Shown: piece by piece, positions 57,259 to 64,000 of the stretch
Layout of the letters: every line of letters begins with the position of its first letter
How positions within the stretch are numbered: position 1 is the stretch's first letter
From: Geopsychrobacter sp.
GTDB lineage: Bacteria > Desulfobacterota > Desulfuromonadia > Desulfuromonadales > Geopsychrobacteraceae
Assembly: GCA_012974425.1 (NCBI GenBank)
Contig: JAAXQE010000095.1
Span: forward strand, 519-64,518
DNA: 64,000 nt
Direction of reading: 5' to 3'
The notes under the pieces: generated by a model
What the model was told of the DNA's origin: nothing
The model's input: the letters and a program-made list of their open reading frames with translations, nothing else
Databases searched by the model: none
Position numbers and translations under genes: made by a program

Positions 57259-57273
57259 TTTCGCATTGCGAAA
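57259..57273. promoter_or_regulatory. Palindromic operator, copy 2
   Basis: Perfect palindrome TTTCGCA-T-TGCGAAA, 112 nt upstream of ATG 57385. Confidence 0.75.
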
Positions 57274-57384
57274 TACGAGAGGGTGGACTTATCCTGGTTT
57301 GGACAGGCCCGAAACTGATCGCCCCTGCACTGGCAGGATGTTCTGGATCTCACAGCTATTTAACATTACAAAGAGGGTAGGCGA

Positions 57385-59400
57385 ATGAAATCGATTGCAA
57401 CAGTAGGCGTCGTTGGCGCCGGAACCATGGGCTCAGCAATTGCTCAACACTTTGTCATGAAGGGGCTGCCGGTCATTCTGGTTGACCAGCAACAGGAGTT
57501 TCTTGAGCGGGGGGTCGGTTATATCCGTGAATCCCTGGGGGAAGCTTTGCAGCGAGGCCTGATCGATCAGCCAGCATTTGATCAAGTGCTTGGTCGACTG
57601 CACTGCTCAACTGATCAGGCTGAGCTGGCTAAGGCGGATCTGGTGGTCGAGGCTATTTTCGAAAACCTTGAAGTCAAGAAGGGGCTGTTCGCCGAACTGG
57701 AAAAGGTGGTCAGTGCCGATTGCATCCTCGCCAGTAATACCTCATCTTTTTTGATCAGTGAAATTGCCGCCGACTTGCAAACGCCGGAGCGGGTTGTTGG
57801 AGTTCACTACTTCTATCACGCCGCCAAAAACAAACTGGTTGAGTTGATCCCTGGCGAAAAGTCTTCACCGGAGATCGTCGCTGCCCTCGAAAATTTTTAC
57901 GCCTTTTATGACAAGACCCCGATTCTGGTCAAGGATGCTCCGGGGTTTGCAGTCAATCGTTTCTTTGTGCCCTGGTTGAATGAAGCAGCTCGTCTGTACG
58001 AAGAGGGTTGTGGCAGTATCGCCTTTATCGATCAGGTCGCCTGTGACGTTTTCGGTGTTGGTATGGGGCCTTTCGCGTTGATGAATGCGACCGGTGTGCC
58101 GATCGCTATGCATGCCGCCGATGGTTTGGCTGGTGAGCTTGGTGCTTTTTATGCGCCAGCGAAACGCCTTTGCCAGCAGGTTGAAGCCAAACAGGACTGG
58201 AACGTTGAGGATACCAGTCACCTCAATAGCGGTTCCGACAAGGTTGATGTTGTCACTCGCCGCCTGGTTGGTGCCAGTCTTGGGGTTGCTGCGCAAATGG
58301 TCGATGAAGGGGTGGTTGATGCGACCTCGACCGATCTGGGCGCTCGTGCCGGTCTGCGTTGGCCGATTGGTCCCTTCGAGTTGCTCGAAAAGCTTGGCGC
58401 ATCGCAGGTCGGGGAAATGGTGGAGAGCGTTTTTTCTGCCTGGGAGCTTCCCGTGCCGGACTGTCTGGCCGATTCTGGCCGAGCGCAAAATTTGCGTCTT
58501 AACTGGGTGAGAACCGAGGTTATCGCCGAGACTGGATTTATCATTCTCGATCTGCCGGACCGGATGAACCCGCTTGGTGAGCAGGTGATGAGTCAGTTTG
58601 ATCGCTGTGTGGATGAACTTAACGGTAGAGCCGACATCAGCAAGATCATCATTCATGGCAAGGGCAAGGCATTTATCGCCGGTGCCGACATCAAGTTCTT
58701 CCTCGATTCCATAGATGCTGATGATTTGCAGCGAATTCAGACCTTTACCGAGTTCGGGCAGCAGGTCCTGAACAAGATCAGTGGCTCCGACAAAGTGACA
58801 ATTGCCTACCTTGACGGATTGGCCCTTGGCGGTGGACTGGAACTGGCACTGGCTTGCGATTATCGTCTCGGCACCCGCAAATCGGTACTGGCTTTTCCGG
58901 AAACCGGAATTGGTATCTACCCTGGTCTCGGCGGTACCCAGCGTGCCAGTCGATTGATCGGTGTCGCCCGCGCCAAGCAACTAATCGCCAGCGGTCAGTT
59001 TATCAACGCCAAAAAAGCTTATGAATACGGCTTGATCGACGCCATTATCGAGCCGGTTTTAGACTGGCGGGAATTAGCTGGGGTGTCCCTTGAAAAGGCC
59101 CAGTCCGGTCGTAAGGAGGGAACTCCGGAGGAACTCGAATTCGCCGCCTTCGATGGTGAGCTTGGGCATCCGCTGCTGGCCCGTGAAGGCTCGGAAAAAC
59201 TCGCCAAGACTTTAAGCCGCAAGGCGCCGCTAGCATTGAAAACAGCCATGAATCTGATTGATCAGGGGTACGGTCTGGAGCTTCAGGCCGGCCTGCAACT
59301 GGAACTTAAAGGGTTGAAAACCATCTTTGCCACCAAGGACGCCCGGAGCGGTCTCTCAAGTATTCTCAGCGGCCAGAAACCGAACTATATCGGTAAATAA
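57385..59400 (+). CDS. Bifunctional 3-hydroxyacyl-CoA dehydrogenase (N-terminal) / enoyl-CoA hydratase (C-terminal)
   Basis: GAGTMGSA, SNTSS, VHYFYHA and PGFAVNR in the N-half; AFIAGADI, GGGLELALACD and FPETGIG in the C-half. Confidence 0.88.
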   Translation: MKSIATVGVVGAGTMGSAIAQHFVMKGLPVILVDQQQEFLERGVGYIRESLGEALQRGLIDQPAFDQVLGRLHCSTDQAELAKADLVVEAIFENLEVKKGLFAELEKVVSADCILASNTSSFLISEIAADLQTPERVVGVHYFYHAAKNKLVELIPGEKSSPEIVAALENFYAFYDKTPILVKDAPGFAVNRFFVPWLNEAARLYEEGCGSIAFIDQVACDVFGVGMGPFALMNATGVPIAMHAADGLAGELGAFYAPAKRLCQQVEAKQDWNVEDTSHLNSGSDKVDVVTRRLVGASLGVAAQMVDEGVVDATSTDLGARAGLRWPIGPFELLEKLGASQVGEMVESVFSAWELPVPDCLADSGRAQNLRLNWVRTEVIAETGFIILDLPDRMNPLGEQVMSQFDRCVDELNGRADISKIIIHGKGKAFIAGADIKFFLDSIDADDLQRIQTFTEFGQQVLNKISGSDKVTIAYLDGLALGGGLELALACDYRLGTRKSVLAFPETGIGIYPGLGGTQRASRLIGVARAKQLIASGQFINAKKAYEYGLIDAIIEPVLDWRELAGVSLEKAQSGRKEGTPEELEFAAFDGELGHPLLAREGSEKLAKTLSRKAPLALKTAMNLIDQGYGLELQAGLQLELKGLKTIFATKDARSGLSSILSGQKPNYIGK

Positions 59401-59409
59401 GGAGTCATC

Positions 59410-60675
59410 ATGAAAGCAAGCGTACAGGGATTTCAGAACAAGCAGGCTGGCAGCGGTGCTCTTTTTGAGGACATCTATCTGCTCGACGGGAAGCGTACCC
59501 CCTTTGGTAAGTACACCGGCGGCCTGTCGACGGTTTCGCCGACCGACCTGGGTATTTTCGCCAGTCGCGCCGCGATCGCTGCGGCCGGAGTGCCGGCTGC
59601 CGACATCGATCAGACCATCGTTGCCAATATCGGTCAGGCCAGCGCCGACAGCTTTTTCTTGCCGCGTCACGTTGCCCTGTATGCAGGAGCGCCGATCGCC
59701 AGCACTGCTGTTTTGACCCAGCGAATCTGTGGCTCCGGCGTCGAATTGCTGGGGCAGGCGGCAGAGCAGATCGCCCTCGGCAAGGCCAACCTGATTCTTG
59801 GCTGTGGGACCGACACCATGAGCCGCTTCCCTCTTGCATCCTATTCCGCTCGTCAGGGTTTTCAGTTGGGTCGGCCCGAGTTTGTTGATCTGCTCTGGGA
59901 AGCTCTCAACGATACCGCCGCAGTGCCTATGGGGGCTACGGCTGACAATCTGGCCAGAGAGTATGCCCTGACGCGGGAAGAGGTCGATGCCTTCGCCCTG
60001 CGCAGTCAACAGCGCTATGCCAATGCTGCAGAAGCCGGGTTCTTCCAGCAGGAGATCACTCCGGTGGAGGCCAAAGGGGTCCTGGAGATGGAAGGTTTCA
60101 ACCCGCGTAAATACCGCTGTAACGGTCGTAACGGGATCAGCGCAGATGAACACCCGCGGCAGGCCACCATGGAAGAGTTGGGCAAACTGCCCTTTGTTTT
60201 CAGTAAAGAGGGGCCTACCACTGCCGGCAGTGCTTCGGGCATCGTCGATGGTGCAGCGGCACTGATGGTTGCTTCGGGCGACTATGTTCGGGCCCATGGT
60301 CTGAAGCCGCTCGGCAAGATTCGTGGCTTCGCTTCGACCGGTGTGCAACCGGAGATTATGGGGATCGGTCCGGTTCCGGCGATCCGTTTATTATTGACGC
60401 AGATGGGGCTGAAAATCGGCGATATCGACCGGTTTGAAATCAATGAGGCCTTCTCCGCCCAGTGCCTGGCCGTGGCCAGAGCTCTTGAGCTGGATCAGGA
60501 TAAACTGAATGTGAATGGTGGTGCTATCGCCATCGGTCATCCGCTCGGGGCGACCGGTGTGCGTCTGGCTTTGACCTGCCTGAAGACCTTGCAACGTGAC
60601 GGCAAACAGTTGGGGATCGCTTCCGCCTGTATTGGTGGCGGACAAGGGATTGCCATGGTCGTGGAGGCCTGCTGA
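59410..60675 (+). CDS. Thiolase
   Basis: QRICGSG, NEAFSA, GHPLGATG and ACIGGG motifs. Confidence 0.9.
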   Translation: MKASVQGFQNKQAGSGALFEDIYLLDGKRTPFGKYTGGLSTVSPTDLGIFASRAAIAAAGVPAADIDQTIVANIGQASADSFFLPRHVALYAGAPIASTAVLTQRICGSGVELLGQAAEQIALGKANLILGCGTDTMSRFPLASYSARQGFQLGRPEFVDLLWEALNDTAAVPMGATADNLAREYALTREEVDAFALRSQQRYANAAEAGFFQQEITPVEAKGVLEMEGFNPRKYRCNGRNGISADEHPRQATMEELGKLPFVFSKEGPTTAGSASGIVDGAAALMVASGDYVRAHGLKPLGKIRGFASTGVQPEIMGIGPVPAIRLLLTQMGLKIGDIDRFEINEAFSAQCLAVARALELDQDKLNVNGGAIAIGHPLGATGVRLALTCLKTLQRDGKQLGIASACIGGGQGIAMVVEAC

Positions 60676-61442
60676 TGGCCGCCGCGGATCAGCCAGTTCG
60701 GGGCCGGGTGGTTGTCATCACCGGCGCCGGACAGGGGATAGGTGCCGCAATCAGTCGGCGTTTTGCTGATCAAGGAGCACGTCTGGCCTTGGTCGATGTC
60801 AACGCAGAGCAACTACACCAACTGGCCGGAAGTCTTGAGGGTTCCGGTTGTGAGATTTTGCCGATCATCGCTGATATTGCTGACAAGGAGCAGGTTCAGC
60901 AGCTGGTCGCACAGGTGACAGAGAAGTTTGGCGGCATAGACGTGCTGGTTAATAATGCCGGTGTCATTCGTGACAACCTGATCAGCAACATCTCGGAGCA
61001 GGATTGGGATCAGGTACTGAATATCAATCTGAAGGGGGCCTTTCTCTGTTGTCAGGCGGTTTTTCCAACACTGAAAAGCCAGCGTTCGGGAAAGATTGTC
61101 AATATCGTTTCGCGAGCCTGGCTCGGCAGTATCGGTCAGGCGAACTATACCGCCAGCAAGGGGGGACTGGTCAGTTTAACCCGTTCGCTGGCGCTCGAAT
61201 TTGCCCGTTTTCAGATTAATGTCAATGCCGTGGCGCCAGGGGCAATTGAATCACCGATGACCCAAAGTATGCCGACCGAGGCACGTGAGCGACTGATTCG
61301 TATGCAACCAACCGGCAAGATGGGCAAGGTTGAGGATATCGCTGCTGCGGTTGCTTTTCTCGCTTCGGATGATGCTGAGTTTATCACCGGTCAGGTGTTG
61401 CATGTCGACGGCGGCAAGAGCTGCGGTCTACTGTCACTTTAG
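60675..61442 (+). CDS. Short-chain dehydrogenase (FabG-like 3-oxoacyl reductase)
   Basis: TGAGQGIG, NNAG and YTASK motifs; TGATG translational coupling to the upstream thiolase. Confidence 0.88.
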   Translation: MAAADQPVRGRVVVITGAGQGIGAAISRRFADQGARLALVDVNAEQLHQLAGSLEGSGCEILPIIADIADKEQVQQLVAQVTEKFGGIDVLVNNAGVIRDNLISNISEQDWDQVLNINLKGAFLCCQAVFPTLKSQRSGKIVNIVSRAWLGSIGQANYTASKGGLVSLTRSLALEFARFQINVNAVAPGAIESPMTQSMPTEARERLIRMQPTGKMGKVEDIAAAVAFLASDDAEFITGQVLHVDGGKSCGLLSL

Positions 61443-61451
61443 GGGAAATTA

Positions 61452-62597
61452 ATGGACGCTTATCTGGTCGAAGCAAAACGGACTGCCATCGGCAAGGCCC
61501 ATCCCGAAAAAGGACTGTTCCGTGATGTCCGGGCCGACGATATGCTTGCTGCCCTGATGCGGGGATTGCTTGACGGCATGCCTGCTGGCGTAGCACTGAG
61601 TGAAGCCATTGATGATATTTACATCGGTTGTGTCGGTCAGCATCTGGAGCAGGGGAAAAATATCGCCCGGCTCGCTGCGTTGTTGGCCGGCCTCCCCGAC
61701 AGGGTGCCGGGTGTTACCATCAATCGTCTTTGTGCCTCCAGTTTGCAAGCGTTTAATTTTGCCGCCTCTACCATTGGCGCTGGGCATGCCGACCTGCTGC
61801 TGGCCGGTGGCGTTGAGCATATGGGCCATGTGCCGATGGCAGCAGCCATCGATTATAATCCCGGGCTGTTTGAACACTTCGAGTTCCCTTTTACCAATAT
61901 GGGGCTGACCGCAGAAAAGGTTGCGGACGTCTATGGTATCAGTCGTTCCACACAGGATGATTTTGCCGTGGAGAGTCATCGCAAGGCCGTCGCCGCCCAA
62001 CAGGCGGGTCATTTTGCCAGGGAGATTGTCCCGATCCCTGCCGGTGACGCCATTGCCGATCAGGATCAGTCACCACGGCCGGGAACCAATCGCGAAAGTC
62101 TCGCCGGGCTGAAGAGCATCTTCAAGGAAAACGGCACGGTCACAGCGGGCAACAGTTCGCCGCTCAATGATGGCGCCAGTCTGACCCTGCTTGCATCGGC
62201 GGCCGCCTGTGAGCGCTTTGAGTTGCCACGTCGGGCACGCGTGGTCGATTTTGCTGTGGTCGGTCTCGACCCTTGTCAGATGGGGATGGGGCCGGTTCCG
62301 GCGATCCGTCAACTGCTGCAGAAAAATCAACTCTCGGTGGCGGACATTGATCTGTTTGAATTGAATGAAGCCTTTGCCAGTCAAGCTGTGGCCTGTATCA
62401 ACGAGCTGCAGTTGCCCTTGCAAAAGGTCAACCCTTGGGGTGGAGCTTCCTCTCTCGGCCACCCCTTGGGTTGCACTGGAACCCGCCTGATCACCACCTT
62501 GCTCAATGGTCTGGAGACCAGTGGCGGGCGCTACGGAATCGCATCGCTGTGCATCGGTCATGGTCAGGGGATGGCAACCCTGATTGAACGGCTTTGA
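61452..62597 (+). CDS. Thiolase (FadA-like)
   Basis: NRLCASS, NEAFA, GHPLGCTG and LCIGHG motifs. Confidence 0.9.
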   Translation: MDAYLVEAKRTAIGKAHPEKGLFRDVRADDMLAALMRGLLDGMPAGVALSEAIDDIYIGCVGQHLEQGKNIARLAALLAGLPDRVPGVTINRLCASSLQAFNFAASTIGAGHADLLLAGGVEHMGHVPMAAAIDYNPGLFEHFEFPFTNMGLTAEKVADVYGISRSTQDDFAVESHRKAVAAQQAGHFAREIVPIPAGDAIADQDQSPRPGTNRESLAGLKSIFKENGTVTAGNSSPLNDGASLTLLASAAACERFELPRRARVVDFAVVGLDPCQMGMGPVPAIRQLLQKNQLSVADIDLFELNEAFASQAVACINELQLPLQKVNPWGGASSLGHPLGCTGTRLITTLLNGLETSGGRYGIASLCIGHGQGMATLIERL

Positions 62598-62621
62598 ACC
62601 AGACAACTTGCGGATGATTTT

Positions 62622-63050
62622 ATGAAACCAAAATCTGAAGTCGAAATAGATGTCCGTTACGCCGAAACTGATCAGATGGGCGTTGTTCACCACGCCAACT
62701 ATCTGGTCTGGTTCGAATTGGCTCGTACCCGGTTTTGTCTCGACGCGGGGAAGCCTTATCCCGAAATTGAAGAACTCGGATATTTTATGCTCATCACTCA
62801 GGCCCAGCAGAATTACCGTCTGGCGGCCTGTTATGGTGACAGTGTCAAAGTCACCGCCTGGCTCGACTGGGTTGCCAGTCGCAGCCTGCAATTCAGTTAT
62901 CAGGTGGAACGTGGAGACCAGCTTCTGACCACCGGCCATACCAGGCATATCTGGGTCAAACGCGAATCACGGCAACCCTGCAGTATGCCCATCAGTTTGC
63001 GCGAGACCTTTCTCAAGCTTGCCGAACAGACAACATTTAAAAGGTCCTGA
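62622..63050 (+). CDS. Acyl-CoA thioesterase (YbgC/4-hydroxybenzoyl-CoA thioesterase family)
   Basis: VRYAETDQMGVVHHANYLVWFELAR motif. Confidence 0.88.
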   Translation: MKPKSEVEIDVRYAETDQMGVVHHANYLVWFELARTRFCLDAGKPYPEIEELGYFMLITQAQQNYRLAACYGDSVKVTAWLDWVASRSLQFSYQVERGDQLLTTGHTRHIWVKRESRQPCSMPISLRETFLKLAEQTTFKRS

Positions 63051-63091
63051 AGGTTTATGGGGGCTAAAATCGATTCACAGGAGAAGACGTC

Positions 63092-64000
63092 ATGTCGATA
63101 AATGCTTACCGTTGGATGATGAATGGAGTGAATGAGCCTCTGACCCGCCAGGAATTCCTCGCGCAGCCTAATGCAGGCGAGGTGGTTGTCGAGGTCGCGG
63201 GTTGTGGGGTTTGTCATACCGATCTGGGTTTCTTTTATGATGGGGTGCGGACCAACTCAGAGCTGCCACTGACTCTGGGTCACGAAATCAGCGGCCGGGT
63301 GGTTGCCACTGGCGTGGGAGCTAGTGACTGGCTGAACAAGGCCGTGATTATCCCTGCGGTCATGCCCTGTGGCGAATGTGATCTGTGCAAGCGTGGCAAG
63401 GGGACCATCTGTCGCAGCCAGCAGATGCCGGGTAACGATATTCAGGGCGGTTTTGCCAGCCACATAGTGGTGTCTGCGCGTGATTTGTGCCCGGTCGACG
63501 AAAAACGACTGAGTGCTGCCGGCCTTGAGTTGGCAGATGTCTCTGTGGTTGCCGATGCGGTGACAACCCCCTACCAGGCGGTGCATCAAGCGGGCGTGAC
63601 CCCGGGGAGCCTGGCGATTGTTGTCGGTGTTGGTGGTGTCGGTGGTTATTGCGTGCAGATGGCCAAAGCCTTCGGCGCGACGGTGGTCGCGATCGATATC
63701 GATCAGAACAAGCTGGATGCCATTACTGAATATGGTGCAGCAGTCACCTTCAACGCGGGTGAGATCAGTGGCCGTGATCTGAAGAAGGCGATCGGTGCAT
63801 TCGCCAAAGAGAATGGCCTGCCGAGCACTGAATGGTTCATCTTCGAATGTTCCGGCAGCAAACCGGGGCAGGAATCAGCCTACGGCCTGATGGTCCACGG
63901 CGCCACCCTGAGTGTGGTGGGATTCACCATGGCGACGGTTGATATCCGTCTCTCCAACCTGATGGCCTTCCATGCCCGCGCGATCGGCAACTGGGGTTGC
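63092..64000 (+). CDS. had: 6-hydroxycyclohex-1-ene-1-carbonyl-CoA dehydrogenase (Had/BamQ; Zn-MDR); 3'-truncated and absent from the ORF track
   Basis: RBS AGGAG, then ATG 63092 gives [10 protein letters not shown]...[18 protein letters not shown]...LGHEISG...PCGECDLC...AIGNWGC; frame stays open to the window end. Confidence 0.88.
   Translation, partial: MSINAYRWMMNGVNEPLTRQEFLAQPNAGEVVVEVAGCGVCHTDLGFFYDGVRTNSELPLTLGHEISGRVVATGVGASDWLNKAVIIPAVMPCGECDLCKRGKGTICRSQQMPGNDIQGGFASHIVVSARDLCPVDEKRLSAAGLELADVSVVADAVTTPYQAVHQAGVTPGSLAIVVGVGGVGGYCVQMAKAFGATVVAIDIDQNKLDAITEYGAAVTFNAGEISGRDLKKAIGAFAKENGLPSTEWFIFECSGSKPGQESAYGLMVHGATLSVVGFTMATVDIRLSNLMAFHARAIGNWGC

Noticed and set aside
1-64000. CRISPR arrays, rRNA/tRNA genes, sigma54 promoters, prophage or intact transposases
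   Set aside because: None seen. Intergenic gaps are short, and the candidate GG-N10-GC sites I checked by eye did not fit.

Overview
This gene-dense window comes from a strictly anaerobic bacterium, probably Desulfobacterota/Desulfuromonadales-like (inferred from the Bam proteins), and is devoted to aromatic and acyl-CoA catabolism. (1) 1-11.3 kb: a class II tungsten benzoyl-CoA reductase operon, bamBCDEFGHI. bamB is 5'-truncated, and bamF is a selenoprotein whose in-frame TGA the ORF track misses. fdhD and a 165-bp MITE-like element follow. (2) 11.6-21.4 kb: radical SAM protein, USP, acyl-CoA dehydrogenase, feruloyl-CoA-synthetase-like ligase, alpha/beta hydrolase, MoxR/VWA pair, thioesterase and a frameshifted gene. 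(3) 21.9-28.7 kb: a non-decarboxylating-type glutaryl-CoA dehydrogenase, a Na+-pumping glutaconyl-CoA decarboxylase, and an OadA-like subunit with two biotin domains. (4) 28.8-37.5 kb: methyltransferase, IclR regulator, thiolase-hbd-crt, an EMO-like membrane Fe-S protein and ETF. (5) 37.9-56.9 kb, all on the minus strand: IclR, radical dehydratase activator plus a single dehydratase subunit, ADP-forming acyl-CoA synthetase, CoA transferase, IorAB, a duplicated ACT+PanE cassette, TRAP transporter, USP, transglutaminase-like protein and an AOR-MoaD fusion. (6) 57.4-64 kb: a divergent beta-oxidation operon ending in a 3'-truncated had/bamQ. The best candidate for an undescribed system is the divergent pair (5)+(6), which may funnel 2-oxo/2-hydroxy acids through enoyl-CoA into beta-oxidation and the benzoyl-CoA or glutaconyl-CoA pathways. 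All assignments rest on motif recognition by eye; no database searches were run. No rRNA, tRNA or CRISPR array was seen.
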